Below are positions 51,968 to 64,000 of a stretch of DNA of 64,000 nt, piece after piece. Location of the stretch: positions 1,922,001-1,986,000 of the forward strand of contig NEEC01000015.1 of NCBI GenBank assembly GCA_002189035.1. The letters run 5' to 3'. How positions within the stretch are numbered: the stretch's first letter is position 1; the number at the start of each line of letters is the position of its first letter. This DNA is from Utricularia gibba. Taxonomy: Eukaryota; Plantae; Magnoliophyta. Both the position numbers and the translations under genes were made by a program. A model generated the notes under the pieces. It worked only from the letters and a program-made list of their open reading frames with translations. It did not search any database and was not told where the DNA came from.

Positions 51968-54436
51968 CTACTCCAGTACGTGACAATTCCTGATGAACTC
52001 GTTGGAGTAGTTAACGTACTTGGTCCAGAACGGTCGGAGATGCTCGAACCCGATTTCCAACCATGGCTTGGACTGGCCGTTGTAGTGAATTACAGCGGCC
52101 CTCTTCACGTTTTCTACATTGGTATTGTTCTGGTATCCCAATCCAAGCATGTGCCAGGAAGGATCGATAGGTTGGACATGGCCCCTGAATGCGACTAGAG
52201 CGGGGGGAGTGTTCCTAGTTTCCACAGCGTCAGGTTAGATTTCAGATTCTGCAAGAGTGAGGAAAAGATGCAAAAAATGTTATCACAGCACAGCAGATGA
52301 GTGAAACGGTGTCATGGGAAATGTGAAAGATGGACATGGTTTACCTCCTTGACCCATGTATGATATGTACTAATGATGTTTGTTTTCCTCCAGGCGTGCA
52401 AGTCAAATATATTCATCCCATATGCCCATGCACAATCATCTGGATTCAAATTCTTTGCCACACGAGGATTCGAGAAGTTGAAATAGTTTCTGAAGTGCTT
52501 CGACATAACCCATTTATCTTCACCTCTACAGGTTTCAACAGCGCCATTAACCTTTCCATTGAGATCAATGTCCCAGAGAGGACTCAAATCGCGCTGAATT
52601 ACAACATCATCATCCAAGAAAACCACCTTGTCAAGGTCTGGAAACAGCTGCATAATGCAAAGGTTTGTTTTAGTCTCACCAAGAACAATAAGTCGATTCT
52701 AGAAAATGCTTTGAATACCAGCTTTAATCCAGAAAAAAACAGAAGCACGTATGTTAATTAAGATAAACATACACCACACAGAAGGCTTTAAAGGGCTAGG
52801 GAAAGTGCTTACTGAAGATTATACAAAATGAAAACAAATTTCCCATACGGTAATAAATCAGATAATATAATTAGAACTCACATTACTTCATAGGATGCTT
52901 AGAGAAATTTTTCCTTTGAGATTACATGTCTCTTTTGAAACATCCAAGAAGAAAATGGAAACGAGAATTCATCCAATTATACAACACAACTTGTAAGACA
53001 AAAAAGGCACAAGCAAGTCAACCCCCCAACATGAAAACCTGTATACTCAATTAAAAAAAAAAAAGAATCACCTCTGGAAGGTATATACGAAGGTGATTGA
53101 GCAAAGAGATGTATTTCGGACTTCTAGCCTGTAATTTAGAAGCAAATGTCCGAGGAGTTGTTACACTAAGATTGGCACCAGCAATGTGATTTCCATGGTA
53201 GTAATTCCGAATAGCATAGTGGCTTTCCACGGCCTCAAGAACTGGGACATTCTCTCTGGTCAACCAATCAAATTGATGTACACCTTTCACTTCAACTATG
53301 GCTGGAGAAACCGAGTTTAATGCAAACCATGCATGCATGGCTGCATAGGTTTTCTTATCAGTTATGACATGGAAAACAATTTTCTCGGGATATTGAGATG
53401 ATTGAACAGCAGATGCAACAACAACAGAGGCTGCCAAAACATTGTCGGTGGACACGACAAGGTGATGGTAGGAATTATCAGAAAGCAAAGGAAGCAACTC
53501 TGGTGAAGGTAATTGCCGCCGTGCATATGCATTGGAAGAATACTCATCAGTCAGCCTCAATGAAAGGCAGTGAATGGATTTAGGAAGTGCACTTGCAGCA
53601 AAATGTTTATTCATCAGCTCAGCAAATTTGGCTTCTCGGATCTCGCCTTCAAACTTCTCCATCTAAAAGAAAAAAACAACATGGTAAAAAAAGGATGGAA
53701 AATAGCCCATATCCAAAGCGAGTCATAAATTAAATCTCTCGTTAATAAATTTATCAAACAAGATAGCATGAATTCGTCAAGAAATATACCATTCCCTTCA
53801 AAATGAAAGCAAACTCCCTTGAGCTGTACTTGTTTTCCTTCATTTCAGAAACAAGCTGATGAAAGGAGTTCGGGATCTTTAGATTTTCTGGTACTTTCTC
53901 AGAGTTAACTTGATTTAGTATTTTGGAAAAGTCCTTGACCAGCCTCTGTAAAAGTAGGACAAATAAATGGTTAAAAAATGGGCTCCTTACAAGCGAAACT
54001 GTCTCATAGTCCAACCAGATAAACTAAAGAAAACAAATACCCAGAATCGTCGCTTCTACCAAGAAGTTTGGGCCCCAATCGTCGTCCTAAGCAATCTGAA
54101 GACATGGAATCAGACCAAATTAGGCATAAGACCAGTGAAATAATTGGTCCCCTACGGCGAAGGAAAAATGATTATAAGCAGGTACAAGGGGAGAAAACAA
54201 TTACCGAAGGATGAACACTTGTTGACGCCTTCAAGTGTGATAAGCGCGGTAAGAATGAACACAAATGGCAACAAAAAGGAAAGTATCAAAATGGTGTGAA
54301 AAAATGCGCGATAAGAAAGCTGTCGAGCTGCGAGTTTGATCTTCATCAAGTCTCCACCATATCCATTACCATTTCCTCCACTGTTGCTGGAAGATATAGT
54401 TATACTTCTCATGCTAGGCGAGAAGCGCAGCTGCAT
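51968..54436 (-). CDS. GAUT14: Galacturonosyltransferase GAUT13/14-like (GT8); -1 frameshift at 52202-52207
   Basis: MQLRFSPSMRSITISSS, IHCLSLRLTDEYSSNA, NHLRIYLPE|LFPDLDKVVFLDDD, CAWAYGMN and VIHYNGQSKPW. Confidence 0.93.
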
Positions 54437-55612
54437 CTTCCTCCTCCACCCCCCACTATCCTAACAACCGCCGGCACCACCACCGCCGGCAATAGTATAA
54501 AAGACAAATACTCCTCCAATCAAACCTCCCCTCAAATCCCAAAAGCACGAGGATACGGCAACCTTCACCATAGATCCGCCTCCCAAACCATTCTTTTATT
54601 CCAAGATCCTGATTTCCAAGAATTCCGCCACCAATACCAATCCCGTATTCCACAAACCCACAACCCTATCCACTATTCCCGCCCTCCCCGATTTCTTCCA
54701 ATTCCTTAACCAAATTCAAATCCAAATCCCCAAAAACCGGAAAAAAGAAAAGAAACGATTTGAAAACGAAGTAATCAGCTACATCGGTCGCGGCAACGCA
54801 AGTCAATCCCTGTTCCGGCCGTTTCCATGGCCGTCGATCGAATTTCCTTCCCCGGATCGGGAGTCCCAGTGAAAATACGATATGGGGATAGAAAGAGGAG
54901 AAAAAGATATATGTATTGTGCTTGATCCTAATTTGCCAGCTGTTCTCCTTAATGCGCCATTCTTATGCAAATTGGAATTTTTGTCCAAAATGCATCGCTT
55001 GTTGAAAATTCAAAAATAAAAATAAATACAAATATTTTTCCCCGTTTCTAATTCAAGATATATTGCTAATGTTCGGGACCATTTTCGATCAATCATTTAT
55101 CGATAAATATTAATTATAAAAGCACCCATCAATTCTCAAAATATTTTAAACTGCGATTTTTTTTTATCAAAAATTAATTAAATTTAAAAGTTAGATAATT
55201 ATTTTTATTTTTCATTATAAAAAATAAAATGAATAAAATATATATTATTTTTTATAAAGTGCATAAATTTCAATTTTTGATGAGGCGAGGCGGGTGACCG
55301 GGTGACTGGGTCAGGGGAGCCACTGGTTCCGGTTGTCTACGTCATAATAATAATAATATGGGTGGAGTATTTATGTGTAATATGTTGATAAGCCTTTTTA
55401 CCTACCGTATTTGAATCTGACCACCTTAATGCCCCTCATCCACTATTTTCCATTTTTTTTAGGAAAAAAAATATTAATCTTCTTCCGGAGACACGTCATC
55501 AGATATATTAAATTTTATTTATTTTCAAATAAACCGACACCCTAACCGAAGCTAACCATATTCAACGGGTTGAACTTGACCCGTTCTTTCGATTCGGATT
55601 TTTATAAAGAAA

Positions 55613-55613
<1 letters not shown>

Positions 55614-55653
<40 letters not shown>
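55614..55653. repeat. (TG)20 microsatellite upstream of MPP-beta
   Basis: Direct reading of the sequence. Confidence 0.9.
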
Positions 55654-55655
<2 letters not shown>

Positions 55656-55684
55656 GTGTACGGATGGGAGGGGAGGATGGGACA

Positions 55685-55759
55685 TGGGCTGGTCATGTTG
55701 CTTTCGGGCTGATATGGGAATCCGGCCCGCTTATTATGGAAAATGGGCCTAGTGGCCCA
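55685..55759. promoter_or_regulatory. Site II (TGGGCY) cluster in the MPP-beta promoter
   Basis: TGGGCT 55685, TGGGCC 55744, GGCCCA 55754; such clusters are common in nuclear genes for mitochondrial proteins. Confidence 0.5.
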
Positions 55760-55904
55760 TGGCGTTACGGGGAATCCAGCTACAACGACGCCGTTTTTTG
55801 CTCATGGTTTCCCTTATCTCGCCTGCAACTGACGACTGATTTCGTCCGTGCGGATTTAGCCCTAATCGCACATCTGCGATCGTCGCTGACATTGTGACGC
55901 CGCT

Positions 55905-58671
55905 ATGACGATCCGGAAGCTGCTGAGCCTCTCTCGTTCCATTCGAAGGCCTGAAAGGGCATTTGCGCCAATCCGTGCACTCACCACGGATGTTGCGGCT
56001 GTAGCCGACGCCTACGCTCCATCGCCGCTGCCACCTACGGCGATGATCTACGACAGGCTGGCGGAATCCGTAAATCAGAGGCTCGCACGCCTTGAAAATC
56101 CCGATAGTCGGTTTCTCCGGTACAACTCACCTTACCCGTCGGTAAAATCGCACATCGATATTCTTTCGGCGCCGGTTACTCTAGTCACTACCCTGCCAAA
56201 TGGTCTTCGAATTGCTACCGAGTCGAACCTTGCTTTGAAAACGGCAACAGTTGGTGTATTTATTGACGCAGGATCGAGGTTTGAGAGCGATGTCACGAAT
56301 GGCACCGCACATTTTCTGGAACATATGATATTTAAGGGAACTGAAAAAAGGAAGGCGAGAGAATTGGAGGAGGAAATTGAGAATATGGGTGGGCATCTGA
56401 ATGCCTATACTTCTAGGGAGCAAACAACATATTATGCGAAAGTGTTGGATAAAGATGTGCCTCGTGCCCTTGACATTTTAGCTGATATTCTTCAGAATTC
56501 CAAATTTGAAGAGGCTAGGATTAATAGGGAGAGGGATGTTATTCTGAGAGAGATGGAAGAGGTAATTTTAATATTGGATGTGTCGAGTTATGCACCAGTT
56601 TACGTCCTCATTACTGTGAAGTTTCCAGCTTTGTGGATTGGGTATCCTTGTAGGAAAGTTGCTTGCTTTTTTGAAACTATTACTCAACTTAATGCGTTTT
56701 TATTTATTTTCTGAACTCTTTTTATTTCTCCTTGGTGCTGCAGCTCCGTGTTCTCTTCCTCATCTTATTGTTCTTGTTGCTCTGAGATCCATCTGTAGAT
56801 AATCCAGTTTTGCAGACGACGAACTTAGATAGGCTGAAAGGGAAAATATTTTTTAGATCTTGTAGTTTTTAACTTAAGAGTGACATTGTTGGATTGATGG
56901 TAAAGTATCAGGAAGCCCACTTTTTTTAGGTTTGATTTGCGTGAGAGGGCGGTTATTCTTTTTCATACCGATCGAATTGTGTAATTTTTGAATTGGTCGG
57001 AAATGTTTTTCTTTTCCTAGTCCAATTGCTATATTTTCTGTGGTGATTGCAGGTGGAAGGGCAAACAGAAGAAGTTATATTTGATCACCTACATTCCACT
57101 GCGTTCCAGTATTCTCCTCTGGGTAGAACAATTCTTGGACCAGCGGAAAATGTCAGGAGCATAACACAAGAGCATCTGAAAAACTATATATCCACTCACT
57201 ATACACCTCCTCGCCTGGTAATTTTCCGCATTTCTAATTGTTTCCAGATTTGCATATCTACAGTTCACTAGCATAAAAGATTCTCATTCATCCTTCATTT
57301 GAAATACCCAATGCAATTATCGTTTTTCAATAATGTAGGTTGTTGTTGCATCTGGCGCTGTTAAGCATGAGGAATTTACTGAGCAAGTGAAAAAACTCTT
57401 TACAAAATTGTCGTCAAGTCCAACAACTGCTTCTGAATTAGTTGCTAAAGAACCTGCAATCTTTACTGGGTCTGAGGTATTCTCATCCTACCTTTTGTTG
57501 CTTTCCAATACTTTTATGTTTGCGTAGTAACATAAATGGCCATGTAGGTGAGGATGCTTGATGATGATATCCCGCTCGCCCAATTTGCAATTGCATATGA
57601 AGGTGCATCCTGGACAGATCCGGATTCTATTCCTTTGATGGTCATGCAGTCAATGCTGGGTGCTTGGAATAAAAGTGCTGGTGGGGGGAAGCACATGGGG
57701 TAAACACTAGCGCCATGACTTCACTGGACGTTGTCTCCCGGCCTTTTTTGCCATTGACTGTATATTTTTTTAATAATGCAGTTCAGAGCTTGCACAGAAG
57801 GTTGCCATCAATGAAATTGCTGAGAGTATAATGGCTTTCAATACCAACTACAAAGATACAGGCCTGTTTGGTGTTTATGCTGTTGCTAAGGTTGTCCTTT
57901 GGACTCTTGAGCACTGTTCTGTAAAATTTTTGAAACCTGTTTTTATTTTTCAAAATTATTTTAGAAAAGTAGAATTAAGAAGTAAAAGTAACCAATTCCT
58001 GTTTCTTATAGCCTGATTTTTGAGTGTTAGTCACTTTTTCTTTCACTTCTTTATAGCCTGATTGCTTGGATGATCTGTCCTTCGCAATCATGAATGAAAT
58101 CACCAAATTGTGTTATCGGGTGTCAGATGCTGATGTGATACGTGCCCGCAACCAGGTATCTGTTTAAAGGGCTTACTATTTTCTGCTTGAAATTATGCCT
58201 TTTAATCAACCGGTCGGCTTCTCTGCAGTTGAAATCGTCTCTGCTTCTTCACATGGATGGCACCAGTCCTGTGGCCGAGGACATCGGGCGCCAGGTGCCT
58301 TTTTTTATTTTAAAATTTAAAACTGCACTACTACACCCATGTCCTTCCTCAACATTCTCTATTTGCAGTTACTTACATACGGCAGAAGGATCCCGTATGC
58401 AGAGCTCTTTGCTAGAATAGATGCTGTAGATGCAAGCACAGTGAAGAGAGTTGCAAACAGGTTTTTATGCGACAAAGTAAGGACGTTTTTTGGCCGTGCT
58501 ATGTTATTTTTCGGGTGCATAAAATTATACTTGCCTCTGAGTTTACGAAGGGTAGCTAAAATAGGGAGTTGGCTGAATTGGCAGGATGTTGCAATCAGTG
58601 CGATAGGCCCCATCCAGGGATTGCCGGACTACAATTGGTTCAGGCGCCGAACCTACTGGCTGCGTTATTAG
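55905..58671 (+). CDS. MPPB: Mitochondrial processing peptidase beta subunit / bc1 core protein
   Basis: HFLEH zinc motif ([14 protein letters not shown]), [31 protein letters not shown] and [17 protein letters not shown]. Confidence 0.95.
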
Positions 58672-59314
58672 GCTCCGGGTTCGTTTGGTCCGGGACTCGT
58701 GAAGTGGCACACTACTTCAAATTGATTATTCCTCTTTTTGCTCTTCGCTGTAATTCGAGAATAACAAAACCTGGCAACCAACGGTGAATGTGTGCTGGTA
58801 CTTCCCATATGGATACGCTGTTTCTTGTGCAGTGCAGGCTCACAATAAATTTATGGCTCCCGTGATCCTTACTGTCACATAATGCCTAAGCAAAAAGTAC
58901 TACTGGCCAATGATGCCTTCTTTGTATTCTGGCCATGTGCTGGTAGTTACTTTGGAGGAAAGTGAGATTGAAAGTACCCCAAGTACCAGCCAGTTTAGGA
59001 ATGCCAATGACAATTTATAAATTATGTAACTCACAAAACTTGAAGATTACATGCTCATTAAACGATCTCTAATTTCTCATCAATCACAGCCATCAGGGGG
59101 CACAATTTAAACATTCACATCACTTGAAAATTCTAACAAAACCAAAAACTCCAGAAGGAATCTCCAGGAGTAAACGTCTTGAAGCGGCTCTTTCTTTTTC
59201 TATAGTTGTAGAGGAACTTAAAATTCTTCAGAACAAAAGATGATCCCCACACACAACAGGTTACCTGCTTCGACAAGTCCTTCCCTAAAGGCACCAAGGG
59301 AAATCCCGAGCTGC

Positions 59315-62080
59315 TCACTGCAAAGAAACACCATTAACTCTGCAAAGCTTGGAGTCGGCACCACCGCTGATCACAGTATCTTCTCCCCACCAGTCAGCAC
59401 ATAGTATCTGAAATGCAATTTGACTGGTGTTATCGAGAACATTATAGACCCAAGAGAAATGAGAAGTAGACGCCACTTCAAAGAGAGTACCTTGTCATTG
59501 TGAGAGGCTAGCTCTGCTACTGGATGCTGCAGCAAAATGATAGTCAGGAAACTGGTGGGATGTGTAATTGCAATATGGAAGTCGTAACGTACCGTAGATC
59601 TCAAATCCCATAGCCTCACTTTTCCATCATAAGACGCGGCCATCAAGTGAAGCCATGATTTACGATGCCATTTGCAAGAAGATATCCATGAATTAGTGTT
59701 TTTTGATGACGAGAGTTGGAAAATGGGAGACGACGTTCCTGGTATAAATATATTAGATGATGCAGGATGTGAAATCAACTATATATTAAGTTATATTTGA
59801 AAAACCTGGCTTTCGAGGATCCCAAACTCGAAGAACAGTGTCAGAACAACCAGCGGCAATGAGTGCACAACCTTCACCCCCAATATCAAGACAGTTTATG
59901 ACCTTGCCACTGAACTATGCGGAGAAAAGAATCGACTCAGTTTAGCAAATGAGCAATGACAAAAAAATGACGGGCCATGATGAGAAGTCAAATGTGTTTT
60001 ACTAACGGGGAATCACAAACAACTCACAATATTTGAAGAATTTTGTTCAGTATCAACGTCCCACGTTCTGATAGAATAATCCCAAGAACCGGAATACACA
60101 GTTCCTTTCTGTGGCCAAGCGACAGCTGATACACATTGTGTGTGGCCCACAAATGTTGTTAGAGCCTCACCCTGCGGGCCAACATGTCATATTTTATGCA
60201 ATATAAATGCAAAAACTCGCATGCTGAGCATTCTGATGTTTGAATAAAGAAAGATTTACTGTATACTGGAAAAGAAAATCTCATGTATTATCTATGCGAC
60301 AGTACCTCATACTGAGCATCATTATCACTATCATCATTTTTCCTTCTCTTCACTGATACTAAACCAGCATCGGTGACTGAGATGTTAGTATCCCAAAGGC
60401 GTACACTACAATCCCAAGAACCAGAACACACCTAACAACAAGGGGCGAAAGCAAGAGAGGGTGTTGAATTCTATGAAAAAATCAATCCATCGAAAAAATG
60501 ACAGATGAAGAAAAAATCATGTACCATTTCACCAGAGGGGTCAGCTGCAATGCTTTGCACGGCAGCAGTATGGCCCCGCAATATCTTTGATGCCACAGTT
60601 TTCCTTGGTGGGTCTACCATATCATCTAGATCAACCTTCAGCAATAAAAACTATCAAGAAAGGCAGAAAAACATCATTATTAGAAGTAAATCTCATTAGA
60701 TACCTTCCATAGCCTTAAGGTCATGTCCTTAGAAGCAGTTGCAACCATTTGGACAGCATTGCTCTCAGCTGACACAAAATAGCATTACAATTGGTTATCA
60801 GGATGGTTTTTGTTAAAAGAACTTGACGCACAACATAAAAATACATTTATCTCGTACAAAATAAACACAATAAAAAAACAGTGGCCGAAAGGAAGTGATC
60901 GTTGTTTGTCAGAAGATTTAGAATTCGCTTGTACAAATAGAACTCAACAATTTCATTGGAATGGTGTAAAATATCCTGGTGCAAAAAAACTCATATAAGA
61001 ACGGTATAAGGTTATTGAAGAGAGCAATGACACAGAAGGCACTCATGAAATTAGTGAAACAAGAACCCCCTCTACCTTTTTTCTTGATATTACAAATGGA
61101 AGTAATTGGTCCAGAATGGCCCTCTAGTACATGGGTAAAAGCTCCAGAAGCTGTCCATACCCTAAAGGAAAGTAACCACGATAAACAAAACACAAAGAAG
61201 ACGATAAAAAGGGGAAACGAACGCATATATAAATGATTAAGAAAACAGATAAATATAATGGTTAGGAACCGAGCTACCTCCCAAACGAATCATAGCATCC
61301 TGTCAAAATGTACCTATCAGATGAAACAAAACAGAAGAACGTTATTACTTTTACGCTAAATACAAAACCCATGAAAAGCATTCTCCTTTAAAACAAGATC
61401 AAACCTAGGATTGGAACCATCCACCGCACTAACCCAGTCATCATGCAAAGACGACTCTGCTTTTTTGGGGACAATGGCTTTGATGTATTCAATTTCAAGC
61501 ACTTTTTCCTATAGCATGATATAAACAACAAAAATACCAAGCGCATGAAAAAAAGAACCCTCATTTCCAAATTGCGCATAGTAATTACATTGTTGGGACA
61601 AAAATGGTTCTCCTAACATTAGCAGATTAAAGCAACTTATAGTACGTACAGTAGAAATATATTTCTCAAGAAGAAATGCTTCAAGAGTTTTCCGCAACAG
61701 CTCGCTATTGATGATAAAATCGAAAGGTTCCGGTTTCCATTCCTCGTTATCTAAAAAGCGCCAGGAAAAAGAGCATCAAGTTCCAAAGAACAATCCATCT
61801 ACTATTACATTAGTAAACAGAGACGAATTTCCCCACGTCCACTAGTAATCAAGGGATAAAAAAAAAAAAAAAAGAAGAAAAAGTGAAACTCGGAAACATA
61901 TAACGTACCAGCTTCAAGGAGATTGTTAACGAGAATCGAAAGACCATGACGATTAATGTTAGCTGGTATGGATATAGAGACCGGCGGCACCTTGTACGGT
62001 GGGTTCAGCCTAGTGATGAAACGGACCTGCACTTGATTGGAGGTCTCCTCCGCCGCTACTCCGTCGCCATCGATATCCAT
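59315..62080 (-). CDS. WDR12: Ribosome biogenesis protein WDR12/YTM1 homolog
   Basis: NLE domain (QVQVRFITRL...GLSILVNNLL, EPFDFII), LHDDWVSAVDG, WD repeats (SGSWDCSVR, SYDGKVRLWDLRS) and ADWWGEDTVISGGADSKL. Confidence 0.9.
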
Positions 62081-62636
62081 TAGGCACACCACCAACGAGC
62101 AGGCAAGCCGGAAATTGACGGGCGACAGCCGTTAGGGTTCCACTTAAGAAAACTTCGTATTTCCCCATTTTGCCCTCCATTTTTCTTTTTTCTTTTTTTG
62201 GGAAATAGAAATCCATTTATTCAACCCGGCGGTCCTGGCCCACTTACCTTTAAATATTCTAGAAGATTCGTCCAAACGTCAATGTGTCAAGGCAAGGCTG
62301 GACATGTGAAGAATAATGAATCGGGAATCTTTGATTCTCAGGAGCCCTAATCAACATTTTGGGATTTGGAATTCCAAATTAGATGGGAAGTATGCATCGA
62401 AATTACTAAATGGATATTTTTCAAATTCTTAAAAAAAAAATAATGAATATCCCAAAGTCTTATTGAACACAGTATAATACACACAAGTACCGAATTTAGC
62501 ATTGACAGCCCCCAGGGCCTTGGGAGCTATCCAAACGTATGATACATATGACACGGTGGGGGACACGGACACGGATGCATGACCCAGTACGATATTAATA
62601 CTACTACACACGCTATTCTTCTTCGACCTTGCACTT

Positions 62637-64000
62637 CTATACAGTCTGCTTGCTGCAGGAACGTTGATCAAGCAACAGAGGAAGTGATGCTGTTTTCGTC
62701 TGAGAAGCAAACTCAGCGATCAGTTTGGTGATCAGATACGGCTTCTCAACGTGGGGCATGTGCCCACAATCTGAAATTTGCCGGCACACGGCGTTGGGTA
62801 GTTCTCTTTTCAGTCTCTGGACATGGCATTCGAATAAGGCAGCATCAGTGAAAAACAACTACTCTTAGCTTCTTGTACATGTCTGGAGTGGAATGGAATG
62901 GAACTCACCTCAATAAGCTTTCTGTTCACTATCTTGTCTTGCTCACTGCTGATCAGGAGAGTTTTTTGCTTCACCTGCCCACGGGAACATGAAACGGCAT
63001 TGTGTTGGTGAAGTTGCTTCTATTCTACAGCATTTTGAATACGAGAGCTTAAATGCTTGTCACCTTTCGTATCTGGCTTGTGACGTTGTATCCTCCACTG
63101 AGCATGAAATTGACTGTGGCATCTTCCCACCATGGCAAAAGGCAGTGAAGGCGACCCACCTGTTTGGAAAAATGAAGATGGTTTTATCACAGCTAATTTA
63201 TGAACTGTTTGCAGAAAGAGATCACACACATTGGTGTATTCCAGCATCCGAGACACGGACATCCCCTCGAATACGAGTGTTTTGGAGTAACATCTCAAGG
63301 GCACGCTTTTCAACAGAGAGACCTGGTTTACCAGAGAATGCCGAGGTTGAAAATTTCGAAACTTGTGAAGAAAACTGGGAAAAGAATGTTACGGTGCCTG
63401 GAGGATTCAGTATTACCATTGCATATGCTAGTGGCTTTGGCAATTGTTTCAGGGATCCGGTTCCTTCCGCATAAACATTAGCATTGATCAGAACCAGCTT
63501 CTCAACCTGGAGAATAATGGCACCACTGATGAATCATGGAGACATGATAACTGCTGATTGAATGTGACTGAAGAAGATCTAATAAACGACTGCAGATACG
63601 TCAAAGAAAGCGCCCTGACATTAGTAAAAACTTACGGCTTCAGGATAATGTGTGGCAAAATCTATTGCAACTGCAGCTCCAAGGCTCGGCCCAACGAGTG
63701 TCATCGGCCTTTGGATGTGCGACTTCCAGAGCTGTTATGAAGTAAAAAGTAAGAGATCATGTAGCCTTGAACAGACATTGATGCATCTTGTATTTCTTAA
63801 AACTGCTTAAGAAAAAGTCAAAGCATACCTGGTAAAGGTGACATCTTTTTGCTGCTACATTGCAGGGAGGCCTCCTCTCTGGTAATAAAAAGAAAAACTA
63901 ACGTCTTGAAAAATCAGTTTGAAACATAGCTATAACCAGAGAGCGAAATTCCAGGGACGAACCCAAATCTGAGAACCCCCATCCAAGAACGTCAATTGCC
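62637..64000 (-). CDS. Alpha/beta-hydrolase family protein, 5'-truncated by the window edge
   Basis: AIDVLGWGFSDL, nucleophile elbow LVGPSLG, VGRLHCLLPWWEDATVNFM and CGHMPHVEKP. Confidence 0.85.

Noticed and set aside
62540-62595. GACACGG repeats reminiscent of hAT subterminal motifs
   Set aside because: No TIR or TSD found; a fragment at best.

Overview
Gene-dense plant (eudicot) nuclear DNA with short introns and AT-rich intergenic spacers; a compact genome is my inference from the gene density. I can place 22 protein-coding genes: Ole e 1-like, CAMTA, plastid RPL29, STOP-type zinc finger, LRR-II kinase, peroxidase 17, HD-Zip I, two ZF-HD, D-type cyclin, LBD, NDUFAF7, UBC1/2, PRE-type HLH, alpha-tubulin, NAC, CDS, group I WRKY, GAUT13/14, MPP-beta, WDR12 and a partial alpha/beta-hydrolase. 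There is also a tRNA-Gln(UUG), a MIR169 hairpin, and a complete hAT-type MITE with 13-bp TIRs and an 8-bp TSD. Four decayed genes absent from the ORF track as such (DREB A-6 ERF, RPS6, 14-3-3, CML) suggest ongoing fractionation. Five conserved genes each carry a single -1 frameshift in a G/C homopolymer, which looks like assembly error, not gene loss. The most interesting biological signals are an alpha-tubulin ending in -YN instead of -Y, an ORE1/NAC100-type NAC whose miR164 site is mismatched at the cleavage position, and a head-to-head pair of dead genes around an intact site II promoter. I found no clearly new multi-gene system. All family names and synteny remarks come from my recall of known plant proteins, not from database searches.
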